A stretch of 64,000 nucleotides of DNA, taken from Ignavibacteriota bacterium. Its GTDB lineage: Bacteria > Bacteroidota > Ignavibacteria > UBA10030 > UBA6906. Both the position numbers and the translations under genes were made by a program. Position 1 is the stretch's first letter. Each line of letters starts with the position of its first letter. The notes below the pieces were generated by a model, which was given only the letters and a program-made list of their open reading frames with translations, was not told the origin of the DNA and made no database searches. This document shows, one piece after another, positions 22,186-32,547 of the stretch. The stretch spans positions 1,472,001-1,536,000 of the forward strand of contig CAWDEM010000008.1 of assembly GCA_963801355.1 (NCBI GenBank), read 5' to 3'.

Positions 22186-22439
22186 GTGGATCTCCACCTG
22201 CGTGAATGATCCCGACGGTACGAAGAATCAGCAGTACGGCGGCAATATAGGGGAGAGGAGTGCGAGAGTCAACTATAGAAAAGAAGGTCAAGAGCACAGA
22301 AGGTCAAGAGCACTGAACGATCGTGTATTGTTAAAACAACACCCTTGAACAACAACCCTCTCCAGGGAGCTTCACAACCGGAACAATCCACGATGGTCGA
22401 TGGACGCTCAACAATCCACAGCCGGCGGCAAAGAAAAGG

Positions 22440-22599
22440 ATGTCGAGGCGTCGAAGAGATGAGTGTTGGAGGGTAATATCTGGTGAAGGAGGACTTCAGC
22501 GGAGTACTTCGATCGACGCAATAGCAGGCATCCTTTCTGACACATTCTCGGCCAACCGAGAAAAGCAGAAGCAGTGGTCTGCCTTTGTAAGACTCCAAA
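22440..22599 (+). pseudogene. Possible C-terminal remnant of a second AbiEii-type toxin
   Basis: LSDTFSANREKQKQWSAFVR resembles the F..D..KQ.QW.AF.R tail recalled for AbiEii proteins; it ends at the att-like site. Confidence 0.4.
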
Positions 22600-22610
22600 G
22601 TAGCGGGGGC
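22600..22610 (-). repeat. Copy of tRNA-Met 3' end (putative att site 2)
   Basis: GTAGCGGGGGC is identical to 43889-43899. Confidence 0.55.
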
Positions 22611-22767
22611 CCGCTCTCCCCTCTTTGCGCAACACTGCAGGGTCTTCGAGAGGCTCATTCACCCATGAACAGTCAAAGCTGCAATAACCTCTTTTTTTGT
22701 GCGGGAATCTCAGCCCAACCCACTCACCCGCATAGGGGATTTCGTGATCTATGGTGGAGTTCTGCCC

Positions 22768-22790
22768 CGGATGGAATTTGTAGAGGGACA
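22768..22790 (+). mobile_element. Orphan IS terminal repeat
   Basis: CGGATGGAATTTGTAGAGGGACA shares CGGATGGAAT with the IS right end at 17700; no transposase is adjacent. Confidence 0.5.
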
Positions 22791-22837
22791 GGGAGGAATT
22801 TCAGAGCAACGAAGCGGCCGACCTTGGGGTCCTGGTT

Positions 22838-24094
22838 CTATCCCAGACCCGTCCCCGTAAAAAGAAGGAACGCACTGAGGATGATGAGGATAATGGAGGT
22901 GCTCCATCCGACGATGTTCTGGAGGCGATTGTTCGTGTAGTTCTCCATGACTTCTGTCTTGTTGACAATGATCATCATGCAGATGAGCACCATCGGGAGG
23001 AGAATCGCGTTCAAGACCTGTGTCCAGATGGTAATGGTGATCAGCGGCGCATTCGGGAAAAGTATAATCACCACGCCGATCAGGATAATCAGCGTGAACA
23101 GCACGTAGAACTGCGGCGCCTCACTGAAACGCTTGTCAATTCCCGCCTCAAACCCGAAGGCTTCACAAACATAGAACGCCGTCGCAAGAGGAAGGATCGT
23201 TGCAGAGAACACCGACGCGACAAAGAGCCCAAAGGCGAACAACTGTGCGGCGGCGGCACCTGCCAGCGGACCCAGCGCCATCGCGGCGTCTTTTGCCTCC
23301 TCAATTCTGATGCCATTGACGTGCAGTGTAGCTGCGCAGGACACCACGATGAAAAACGCGACGACCACCGTGGCGATGCACCCCAACACCACATCCCAGA
23401 AGGTAAAGCGATAGTCGGCGACCTTGATCCCCTTTTCGATCACCGAGGACTGCATGTAAAACTGCATCCATGGGGCAACCGTCGTACCGACGAGCCCCAG
23501 GATCGTGGCGATCGTGGATGTATCCCATGTGACTTCCGGATGGATCATCGCATGTCCAATCGCGCCCCAATCGGGTTTTGCCATGAACGCGGAGAGCACG
23601 TAGGAGAGGAGGAAGACACTGAAGATCAGAAAGACCTTCTCCGAAAACTTGTAGTTCCCCTTGACCACCAGCACCCAGACCCCGATCGCTGCGATCGGCA
23701 CGGACACATACTTGCTGACGCCGAGCGCGTTCATGCTTCCCGCGACGCCGGCGAACTCGGTTGCGGTGTTGCCGATATCCGCGACGAGCAAGAAGATGAA
23801 TATGTAGAACGTCACTCTGACGCCGAAGTTCTCGCGGATGAGATCGGCCAGCCCTTTCCCCGTGACGATCCCCATGCGCGCATTCATTTCCTGGACGGCG
23901 AGCAGGGCGATGAAGGAGGGGATCAGCGTCCAGAGGAGATTGTACCCATACGTTGCTCCCGCAACCGAGTATGTGGTGATCCCTCCCGCATCGTTATCCA
24001 CACTCCCGGTAATGATTCCGGGGCCCACGAGGCCCAGGAAGACCACGAGATTGCGGAACGCCGGATGCTCTTTGAGCAGACGAAGAATCTTCAT
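22838..24094 (-). CDS. Nramp-family divalent metal transporter (Mg-transporting NRMT-like clade)
   Basis: GPGIITGSVDNDAGGITTY (instead of DPGN), GTTVAPWMQFYMQS; many transmembrane helices. Confidence 0.88.
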   Translation of the reverse strand: MKILRLLKEHPAFRNLVVFLGLVGPGIITGSVDNDAGGITTYSVAGATYGYNLLWTLIPSFIALLAVQEMNARMGIVTGKGLADLIRENFGVRVTFYIFIFLLVADIGNTATEFAGVAGSMNALGVSKYVSVPIAAIGVWVLVVKGNYKFSEKVFLIFSVFLLSYVLSAFMAKPDWGAIGHAMIHPEVTWDTSTIATILGLVGTTVAPWMQFYMQSSVIEKGIKVADYRFTFWDVVLGCIATVVVAFFIVVSCAATLHVNGIRIEEAKDAAMALGPLAGAAAAQLFAFGLFVASVFSATILPLATAFYVCEAFGFEAGIDKRFSEAPQFYVLFTLIILIGVVIILFPNAPLITITIWTQVLNAILLPMVLICMMIIVNKTEVMENYTNNRLQNIVGWSTSIILIILSAFLLFTGTGLG

Positions 24095-24095
24095 C

Positions 24096-25442
24096 TCAGC
24101 CTTTGGACTCCTCACGAACTTCAGGGAAGACCGCTTCCAGTGTATCGCGCAGCGAGACGATCCCACGCATCGTTCCATCCTCGTCGATCACCGGGATGGC
24201 GTCAAAATTGTATTTGAAAAAGATCCGTGCGGCCCGTTTGATGCTGGTCTCCGCTGTGACGGCAATCGGATGCTCCTGCATCAGATCCGCCAGAATCATT
24301 TCGGGCTCCGCAGAGATCATATACCGGAGCGTCACCACACCGCGCAACCGATCGTCCTCCCCCACAACGTACACATAATAAATGAGGTCCGTATCCTCAG
24401 CCCTGGCCCGGAGGATCTCAAGCGCCTCACGAACCTTTGTCGACGGTTTTGCGGAGATGAAGTCGGTGTTCATGATGCTGCCGACACTCGTCGGAGAGAG
24501 CCGGGAGAGCTCTTTGATCTCCGCCACTGTCTCGGCGGAAAACATGGCCATGAGTGTGGCGCGGTGCTCCGGGGAAAGGTTGTCCAGCAGATCCACAACC
24601 TTGTCGGTCTCCATCTCTTGGACCATGTGCGTGAGCGCCCCTTGGTCGATGGATTCAGCGACGCGGACCCTCAACGTGAGTGGCATTTCAGTCAGGGTGG
24701 CAGCCGCGGTCGCGGGGTCGAGCGACTCGAACAAACTGTTCCGTTCGTCGGCGCCGAGGTCTTCCAGGATGTCGGCAAGATCCGCCGGGTGCATCTCCGA
24801 GAGCTTTGACGAGTCGGTCGTCAGCTGGAGAGATCCGTAGACGTTTGTTGTCGTGGCAGCCTGCACATGTTTCCAGGGGACATAGACATCCTTCATCTCC
24901 CTGTCCAGCACCCATTGGACAACGGCGTTGATCATCCTGCCCCAGCCTAGCCGCCGCAAGAGCCCCTTGATCCCGATGTCGATGTGGACCAGCCAGAGGT
25001 TGGAGCGTTCCTTTGTGGTCAGTTCCACGAGCAGGTGGAGGTCATTAACACGCACGACTTTATGTCCTGACGTGGAAATCAGCTGGCGGTCAAGGAAACT
25101 CTTCTTCAGAAGGATGTCACTCTCGGCAGGACGGGCTGTGCCATTCTCCGCAGGGACGGAGTGTTCGACGGTGACCGTTTTGCCGGCCCCAGGCCAGAGG
25201 ACGCAACTCCATGGGATATACAGCGGTACAGAGTGGAACGGCTTCTTCACCAGAAGGCCGGTTACTCGGGGATACACTTTTTCAGGGGAAGCCGTCAGAT
25301 CGACCAGGCTACCAATGTGTTTGTCTCCGGGAAAACCACGCACATGGCGTCCGAGCAGCTCGGAGAGATAAGTGAACCTGAAACTCTCCTGAGGCACTGT
25401 CGGGATTTGAGCTCGTGCGATGGGATTCTGTGGTGGGGACAT
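24096..25442 (-). CDS. Soluble MgtE-like protein (PRC barrels, MgtE N-domain, CBS pair; no membrane domain)
   Basis: VVRVNDL, SEMHPADLADILEDL, GSIMNTDFI, IYYVYVV..RLRGVV; no transmembrane segments. Confidence 0.85.
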   Translation of the reverse strand: MSPPQNPIARAQIPTVPQESFRFTYLSELLGRHVRGFPGDKHIGSLVDLTASPEKVYPRVTGLLVKKPFHSVPLYIPWSCVLWPGAGKTVTVEHSVPAENGTARPAESDILLKKSFLDRQLISTSGHKVVRVNDLHLLVELTTKERSNLWLVHIDIGIKGLLRRLGWGRMINAVVQWVLDREMKDVYVPWKHVQAATTTNVYGSLQLTTDSSKLSEMHPADLADILEDLGADERNSLFESLDPATAAATLTEMPLTLRVRVAESIDQGALTHMVQEMETDKVVDLLDNLSPEHRATLMAMFSAETVAEIKELSRLSPTSVGSIMNTDFISAKPSTKVREALEILRARAEDTDLIYYVYVVGEDDRLRGVVTLRYMISAEPEMILADLMQEHPIAVTAETSIKRAARIFFKYNFDAIPVIDEDGTMRGIVSLRDTLEAVFPEVREESKG

Positions 25443-25751
25443 GCGTGTGCGTCCGATAGACGAGTCATTGTGTCCGATAACGTATGATAGGCAAGTGGAG
25501 CGAGAGTATCAATCGCAAAACCAATGCCACAAACAGAAATACGAGACCCGCCAGCTCAGAGCGTACTCTGTTGCCTACCGCCCCCCCATTTCTGGATGAA
25601 AAGGTATTATGCGGACCGTGGAAAACTTGGGGCACGGCAAGAATTGCAACACATTCCTGGAGGCCGATGCCATTCGGCTCGGGCCGCGTGCTTGCACATA
25701 GCAGGCCTGCGCATCAGCCACCGCCGTCCTTCTCAGTGCACGCTAGTCCCG

Positions 25752-26759
25752 TCATCGGATTCTCTTCTCAAGCCTTTTGAGCAGGTAGTAGTTGGCAAAT
25801 CCGATCACTGCCATTGCCAACAGGAAAACCGGATATGCGACCCTCCAGTGCTCAGGTCCGGTCATCATAGACCATTCTGACATCCCGCCGATCCCAGCTA
25901 GGAGTGTCAGAGGCATAAAGATGGTGGTGATAAAAGTCAGCCGTCTCACTGTCACGTTTGTCTCGTTGGCCGCTTTGGCCATCTGGTTGTTCAGCATCGA
26001 CAGATACATTTCCATGAGGCTGGTGACAATATCTCGGTAAGACTCGGTCAACTCGAAGAACTTTGCTAGATGGTCGTAGATGTCTCGATAGTGGAAAATT
26101 GCCTTTTCCGAGATGAAGGGACAGTCTTTGCGACAGATCTTCACGAGGATCTCCCGCTCGTGGAAAAGACTCTTGCGGAGGCTCAACAAGTCTCGACGCA
26201 TTCGGACCAGGTCTGCGGGGTTGAAGTTTGAAGCGTCAGCCAGCATCGCTTCTTCTACGGCGTCCAGCTCGTCTTCGAGCGCTTCGATCGCCAAAAACTT
26301 CTGATCCACGACAGAGTCTAGGATGACGTGCATCAGAAATGCCGGCCCCTGCTGTGCACTCTGGATGTCCATCTCCACGATGTGCTCGATGCCATCCAAA
26401 AGTCGGCGATTTTCAGAATTGCGTTGGCTGACGGTGACCAGAAAGTTGTCGCCGACAAAGAGATCGATCTCACCGATCGAGAGTTTTCCATCTGAATAAT
26501 CAAAGGCGTTGAACAGAAGAAAAGTATTTCGAGGAAAGTCTTCAATCTTGGGAATCTGGTCTTCGTCAAAACAATCCTCGACAGAAAGCGGATGAAGACC
26601 TAATGGATCGATGAGGATCGATAGTTCTTCCTTCGTTGGCTGACAGTAATTCAGCCACAGAAAGCCTTCGTCCTTTGCCGCAGCAAGAGCCGCGTCAATG
26701 GTTGCCAAGTGCGAGAGTTTTCCCGTCTGAGAGATATGATAGAACCATGATTCGGACAT
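25752..26759 (-). CDS. corA: CorA-family Mg2+/Co2+ transporter
   Basis: GLHPLSVEDC, YRDIYDH, TTIFMPLTLLAGIGGMS (GMS variant of GMN), two C-terminal transmembrane helices. Confidence 0.88.
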   Translation of the reverse strand: MSESWFYHISQTGKLSHLATIDAALAAAKDEGFLWLNYCQPTKEELSILIDPLGLHPLSVEDCFDEDQIPKIEDFPRNTFLLFNAFDYSDGKLSIGEIDLFVGDNFLVTVSQRNSENRRLLDGIEHIVEMDIQSAQQGPAFLMHVILDSVVDQKFLAIEALEDELDAVEEAMLADASNFNPADLVRMRRDLLSLRKSLFHEREILVKICRKDCPFISEKAIFHYRDIYDHLAKFFELTESYRDIVTSLMEMYLSMLNNQMAKAANETNVTVRRLTFITTIFMPLTLLAGIGGMSEWSMMTGPEHWRVAYPVFLLAMAVIGFANYYLLKRLEKRIR

Positions 26760-26920
26760 TATTTCCTCCACCGACTCCAAAGACCAGACTGGATATGAGT
26801 CTATTATGGTTACGCGCCATCATCGCGAATGCTTTAATGCGGCGACCACGCCCGAAGTCCCGCGCAGACAGAGATTGCGTTTGTTGTGGTATTAGGTATT
26901 TCGACTGCAGGCACATTCTC

Positions 26921-29482
26921 TCACGTCGAATGCTTTGTGAAGAACTTCACGAGAAACGGCAGTTTCGCTAGCTCGTTGATGATCACAGCAAGGATACCCG
27001 TTCCAAGACACAAGACGTATTGCCATGGATGCAGCGGGGAAAAATGGAACAACTCGCTAACAGATGGCACGTGTAACGTTATCAACAGCAGGGCTAGCGC
27101 GATGACAGTAATGTACCAAAGCGTTTTGTTCGGTATTCTCATGATTGAGAAGATGTTCTTCGTCCAATAACGATTTGAGAATATCATACCGATATTGCCG
27201 AGCACGAGATTGATGAATACGAGCGAGTGCGCCTCGCCTTCGCCGAACCCCGACGCAAGCGCCCAGGCGTATAGAGGAACGATAATTGCGAGATGTCCCA
27301 ATCCCTGGAACAGTCCGATGAAAACCATTCTGGGGCCGAAAAGAGGGTTGCCGACCGGGCGAGGTTTCCTGTCCATGATGTCCTTCTCTTCTTCCTCCAT
27401 CTCAAAAACCACCGTGCACGAGGGATCAATTATGAGTTCCAGAAACAGGATATGCACGGGCAGCAAAACAATGGGCCAGCCAAAGAGAACCGGGACAAGC
27501 GACATTCCGGCTATCGGGATGTGAACAGCAAATATGAACGTCATCGCTTTCTGGAGATTATCGAAGATCCGTCTCCCTAAGCGGGCCGCATTTACTATTG
27601 ATGAAAAATCATCGTCAAGCAGGACTAGTGCGGCGGATTCTCGCGCGACATCGGTACCCCGCCCCCCCATGGCAATGCCAATGTGGGCAGCTTTGAGCGC
27701 CGGGGCGTCGTTCACCCCATCGCCAGTCATTGCCACGACTTCTCCGTTCGCCTTGAGGGCCTGGACTATCCGAAGTTTCTGTTCTGGCACGGCCCGGGCG
27801 AAAATGCTGATGTCGCCAATGCGCCTCTTCAATTCCTCATCGTCCAGGGCGTCAAGTTCCTGACCGGTAATGAGGCCGTCTGGGTTGTCGAGGCCGATTG
27901 CCTTCGCAATGTTCTTCGCCGTACCCGGATAGTCTCCAGTTATCATGACGACGCGGATACCAGCGCGATTGGCCAACGATACTGCTTGGGAGACGTTTGC
28001 CCTGACCGGATCCAAAAGTCCGAGAAGCCCGAGAAAAGTGAAGGGGAAATCGTGCTGACCGACGGGGAGGGAGCCGCGATCAAACTCAGCGGCCGCGACG
28101 GCTATGACCCTTAAACCGTCATTTGCCAGGGAATCGATGTCTTTGTGAAATGCTGTCAGCTGATCTTCCGACATGTGGCAGAGATCGGCGATGGCCTCCG
28201 GCGCCCCCTTGGCCGCGATGATAAATCTGGTCCCGTCCCTTTGTTCCCACACGCGGCTCATGGCGAGAAGCCGATCAGAAAGAGGATACTCCCGTACAAG
28301 CGACCAATCGGCGTGAATGTGCTCCGTGTTCACCAACGTCCTCATCGCCAATTTCTTCACGGCCTTTTCCATAGGATCAAATGGATCGACGGGACTCGCC
28401 AGAACAGCATATTCGACGACAGGGTGAAACACATCCGGCAGGCTTTTCTGTCTCTCATCGACGTCGAACATGATGCCATCGACGCTCAAACGGGTCACGG
28501 TCATGCGGTTGTGCGTAAGGGTTCCGGTCTTGTCGGAACACAGAACCGTGGCCGCTCCAAGGGTTTCGATCGCTTGAGCCCGACGGGTGAGAACGTTGCG
28601 TCGCGAGATGCGCCACGCCCCCAGAGCGAGAAAAACGGTCATAACGACTGGAAACTCCTCCGGAAGGATGGCCATGGCGAGCGAGAGGCCGACGAGAATG
28701 CCTTCGATCCAATTGTACCGGGTCAGCCCATATACGATGATCACCACGGCGCAGAGCAGGGCTCCAACAACGGCAAACGTCTTTACTATTTTGCCGGTTT
28801 GCTTCTGAAGATAGGTGTCCTCTGTCTCTATCGTCTGCAGGGCCTTCCCGATTTTTCCGATCTCGGTTCTCGACCCGGTCGAAATGACTCGCGCGATGCC
28901 CTGTCCGCGTACGATCATACTGCCTGAATATACAACGGGGTTGTCATCGCCACCCGGACCGCCAAGCGGTGACACATTGTCCCAGGCGAGTTTTCTCACA
29001 GGCACTGACTCGCCGGTCAGCAGTGATTCGTCGGCGGACAGATTGACGGAATGGAGGACAACAGCATCTGCCGGAACGCGGTCACCCTCGGAGAGGAGGA
29101 TGATGTCCTCACGTACCACCTCCCGTCCTGCAATACGCGTCTGCACGCCCTCGCGAACGACCAAAGCACGGGGGCTTGAGAGATCGCGAAGCGCATCAAG
29201 GGCCCGTTCAGTCTTGTTCTCCTGATAAAGCGTGATGCCGATAATGACGAACACGAACCCGAGGAGCATGAGGGCTTCTTTGACATCCCCCAGGAGAAGA
29301 TAGAGAATGCCACAGGCGATCAGAAGCAAGAACATTGGCTCCTTGACTATTTCGAGCAATATGGAGAAAACACTCTTCTTCTTCGACTGGGGGAGTTCGT
29401 TGAATCCCTCAGCACGACGTCGGTCGGCAACTTCGACGTTCGTGAGTCCGCGAATTGCACTGAAATCAAACGAGCCAGCCAT
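26921..29482 (-). CDS. Cation-transporting P-type ATPase (P2-type)
   Basis: TGES, PEEFP, DKTGTLT, KGAPE, TGDGVNDAPAL. Confidence 0.93.
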   Translation of the reverse strand: MAGSFDFSAIRGLTNVEVADRRRAEGFNELPQSKKKSVFSILLEIVKEPMFLLLIACGILYLLLGDVKEALMLLGFVFVIIGITLYQENKTERALDALRDLSSPRALVVREGVQTRIAGREVVREDIILLSEGDRVPADAVVLHSVNLSADESLLTGESVPVRKLAWDNVSPLGGPGGDDNPVVYSGSMIVRGQGIARVISTGSRTEIGKIGKALQTIETEDTYLQKQTGKIVKTFAVVGALLCAVVIIVYGLTRYNWIEGILVGLSLAMAILPEEFPVVMTVFLALGAWRISRRNVLTRRAQAIETLGAATVLCSDKTGTLTHNRMTVTRLSVDGIMFDVDERQKSLPDVFHPVVEYAVLASPVDPFDPMEKAVKKLAMRTLVNTEHIHADWSLVREYPLSDRLLAMSRVWEQRDGTRFIIAAKGAPEAIADLCHMSEDQLTAFHKDIDSLANDGLRVIAVAAAEFDRGSLPVGQHDFPFTFLGLLGLLDPVRANVSQAVSLANRAGIRVVMITGDYPGTAKNIAKAIGLDNPDGLITGQELDALDDEELKRRIGDISIFARAVPEQKLRIVQALKANGEVVAMTGDGVNDAPALKAAHIGIAMGGRGTDVARESAALVLLDDDFSSIVNAARLGRRIFDNLQKAMTFIFAVHIPIAGMSLVPVLFGWPIVLLPVHILFLELIIDPSCTVVFEMEEEEKDIMDRKPRPVGNPLFGPRMVFIGLFQGLGHLAIIVPLYAWALASGFGEGEAHSLVFINLVLGNIGMIFSNRYWTKNIFSIMRIPNKTLWYITVIALALLLITLHVPSVSELFHFSPLHPWQYVLCLGTGILAVIINELAKLPFLVKFFTKHST

Positions 29483-29536
29483 GCCGTTGCCTCCTGTACG
29501 GTCTTGATCGCTCAACACTCGTGCGCCGCGTACACA

Positions 29537-32407
29537 TCACGCGCTATCCTTCAGCGCAATTCGTGCAGCATGCAGGCGCCGCACTATCTCCGGCGAATTA
29601 GGATATATCCGGTCAAGCTGGGTGAGAAGCTCAATCGCATCTGCGTGCCGCTTTTGGATCTCGTAAATATCAAGTAGAACACGATAGGGATTGTAGTAGG
29701 AGTTCATATCGATGGTGCCTTCCGCAATCCTCTGCTTGCACCTCTGTTCGACTTCGGTCGCCATCTCCCCAAACCGGCTTGTTCTACCCAGACGGTGGTA
29801 CATGAACATAATATCAGAGGCAAGCCCCAGTTCCATCGGACGCACCGCTCGCGGGATCAATTGTTCCATGCGATCCAGCGTAGCTGCACTTTGCACGGAA
29901 TCCTGGCGGTCATTCGCGTACGAAAGAGCGAGCCGCCAAAACGCCGCCCGATAGTTCAGGAGCATGCGCGACGCATTCTCGTCGAGAAAAACCGTCGGGT
30001 CGGAGAGCCCCCGGTACTTGTATCCCAGTTGCGGTGAGCGCGAGAAATCTCGCGCCTCGTGAAATAGAGACTCCTCAAGGACAGCATGGTCAAGGCCAAG
30101 CCCGTTCGGCGGCACTCGGCGCGGCTCGAGGCGCCACGCGAATCCACGATACCAAAGGTATTCGTCCAGTCCGATCTTGCTGTCCGGTGAGCAAGTGACG
30201 GCGAAATAGATCGGCCGTGTCCAGCGGTTGGTCATGAGTATGTTGAGCATCAGCATGTCCTGAACACGAATCCCCTTTGCAGAGCCTTGTTGTAGAGTAT
30301 GATTCATCTGCCAGGAGATCTTGCGGGTGTTTGTCGTCGCCGTGTCAGTTATGTTGTACCTGCCGTACACTTCGCCCGGCACATCGAGCGAAACCTCTTG
30401 TGGTTCCCATGCCATGGGAACAATGGCGGCAATGCTTGCGTCAGGGATCGAGATCGGTACAGCTCTGGCTTCCGAATAGTACGGCGCATTCTTCATTTGC
30501 TGAATGTACCACGGGGTGTTCCCCAGACTTAAATTAACGATCCGGACATCTCGCCGTATTCCTTCAACGTCTTGCACGAACCAGAGCGGAAATGTATCAT
30601 TGTCACCATTGGTGAAGAGAATCGCATCCTGCTCACATGACTGCAGGATGTTGTACGAGTGGTCCCACGGCATCCAGTCCTGCGACCGATCATGCGATGC
30701 ATAGTTCGTCTGCAGCATGCGTGCGGGTATACACAGCAACCCCAGAACCAGGAGTGCCGCAGCCGATGCGTGACCGACCACCCTGTTGGGTGTCTGACGG
30801 GCTACAAAGCGCAGTGTGCCATCTATGCCGAGACCGATCCATACGGAAAACACAAAGAACGCTCCAGGATAGAAATAGTCGCGTTCACGGGGCTGGGGTT
30901 CCTGTTGATTCTGGTAAAATGCCGTCACATATCCCATCAGGAGGAACAGCAGCAGTAGAGCCGCAGCGATCTTCCAGTCCTTGCGGAAGTGATAGAAGAT
31001 GCCGATAAGTCCGATGAGGAACGGGACGCCAAACAACTGGCCTAACTGCACACCGACATCCTGAACGGTCGAAACGCGACCGACATAGTTCCAGAGCAGA
31101 TACCGAGTGAACATGTGCCCCATCTGGTAGCGGAGGAGAAAGTCCAGATCACTGCTGTACTGGGTATATACACCCTGCTGGTGATGTTCGGGCGAAAAAC
31201 GGCGCTTGAACACTGGCCAATCGCCATACTGTTCACGGCTAATATATGTGCTCAGTCCCGAAAACGTCTTTGGGGCATTCTCGTTCATCGGTGGGTCCTG
31301 GTTGGCACGGATGACGATGGTGGCGTACACCGTATAGCCCGCTATCGCCAACACAATAGCCCCGGACACAAACTGCACCAACGATTTGCGGCGTTTCCCC
31401 GCCCATATCATGATCCCGGTGCCAATCGCCAACAGAACGACGAGCACAATCAACCCGTAGATATTGTTGTCTCCGGCGATGGCGACAAGCAGCTTAGGGA
31501 GATACTTCACGATGCCTGGGTAAGAGATGGCGAGAGTCACACCTCCCACGGCCAGAGGAAAGTAGATAGAGTCTCGTGTGAAGACCCGCTTCCGGAAGAC
31601 GAGAATCCAGAGGAGGCTTACGGCCGCCATGATCGACGTAAACCGGACATCAAAGGCATGAAACTGCTCGTACGTCGGCGGCGTGGTATCCGTCTGCGCG
31701 CTCCAGAGGAGAGAACCGGCGATGGCCATGACACCGATGTGCCCAAGGAGCACAAGCGCGCTTTTCCTACACGCGACATCGTTGCGCACATAGGTAACTA
31801 TCACGACGAGAAAAGCAACGGACGTAATCGCAAGGACGCTCATGAGGTGGACTCCCGCAGAGAGTCCTGTGAGGTACGCAATGAGGAGCAGGATTTTCGC
31901 ACTATGGCTTCCGTCAGGCGTCTCAAGCCACACCAGAATCAGCCAGAAGATGAATGCGAATATGAACGTGCTTAGCGCGAATACCTCTGCTTCCACGCCG
32001 TTAAACCAGAGCGTGTCACAAAAGGAAAACGACAGGGCACCGATCGCGGCTGCCATGGGCCTCGACAATTGCCACACGATTCCCCTGTCATTGGACGAAG
32101 GTATTCGCGCAAGCAGTTTCACGAGGGAAAGATAGAGAAACAGTACTGCGAGGGAGGTCGAGAACACCGAGAGAAGGTTCACCCTGAATCCCATACTTTC
32201 CGAGAACGGCAGCAGGTAGAACAACCGTCCGAAAAGAAGCGAAAGGGGAGCTCCCGGCGGATGTGGTACCTGGAGCAATCTTGCGGCCGCGGCAATCTCC
32301 CCTGCGTCCCAGAAAGACACCGACGGCTGAACAGTAAAGAGATATTGTCCGGCAGAGATGCTGAATACCAGGAATGCAAAGATCCGGTGGATAGTCCTTG
32401 ATTGCAT
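29537..32407 (-). CDS. DUF2723 / TMEM260-like membrane glycosyltransferase
   Basis: SFWDAGE, VPHPPGAP, EAEVFA, RERDYFY, FTNGDNDTFPLW, RRDVRIVNLSL. Confidence 0.85.
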   Translation of the reverse strand: MQSRTIHRIFAFLVFSISAGQYLFTVQPSVSFWDAGEIAAAARLLQVPHPPGAPLSLLFGRLFYLLPFSESMGFRVNLLSVFSTSLAVLFLYLSLVKLLARIPSSNDRGIVWQLSRPMAAAIGALSFSFCDTLWFNGVEAEVFALSTFIFAFIFWLILVWLETPDGSHSAKILLLIAYLTGLSAGVHLMSVLAITSVAFLVVIVTYVRNDVACRKSALVLLGHIGVMAIAGSLLWSAQTDTTPPTYEQFHAFDVRFTSIMAAVSLLWILVFRKRVFTRDSIYFPLAVGGVTLAISYPGIVKYLPKLLVAIAGDNNIYGLIVLVVLLAIGTGIMIWAGKRRKSLVQFVSGAIVLAIAGYTVYATIVIRANQDPPMNENAPKTFSGLSTYISREQYGDWPVFKRRFSPEHHQQGVYTQYSSDLDFLLRYQMGHMFTRYLLWNYVGRVSTVQDVGVQLGQLFGVPFLIGLIGIFYHFRKDWKIAAALLLLFLLMGYVTAFYQNQQEPQPRERDYFYPGAFFVFSVWIGLGIDGTLRFVARQTPNRVVGHASAAALLVLGLLCIPARMLQTNYASHDRSQDWMPWDHSYNILQSCEQDAILFTNGDNDTFPLWFVQDVEGIRRDVRIVNLSLGNTPWYIQQMKNAPYYSEARAVPISIPDASIAAIVPMAWEPQEVSLDVPGEVYGRYNITDTATTNTRKISWQMNHTLQQGSAKGIRVQDMLMLNILMTNRWTRPIYFAVTCSPDSKIGLDEYLWYRGFAWRLEPRRVPPNGLGLDHAVLEESLFHEARDFSRSPQLGYKYRGLSDPTVFLDENASRMLLNYRAAFWRLALSYANDRQDSVQSAATLDRMEQLIPRAVRPMELGLASDIMFMYHRLGRTSRFGEMATEVEQRCKQRIAEGTIDMNSYYNPYRVLLDIYEIQKRHADAIELLTQLDRIYPNSPEIVRRLHAARIALKDSA

Positions 32408-32547
32408 ACCGCTCGACTCCGTTAGCGTGTTTTCAATGAAGGCGCGCCTCACAAGAACCCGGGAAGGACCTCAATTATGTCTCGGGTATTCGCATCCTCC
32501 GCCCCTTCTTCCCGGCACCCTGTTCACTCCCGGATCATTCAGGCCCT

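Noticed and set aside
22282-22313. 16-bp tandem duplication AGAAGGTCAAGAGCAC x2
   Set aside because: Only two copies with no spacer; most likely replication slippage, not an array.
25443-25751. Possible M-box riboswitch upstream of the MgtE-like gene
   Set aside because: No TAGGTGAGGC...GCTAAAGC-type consensus was seen.
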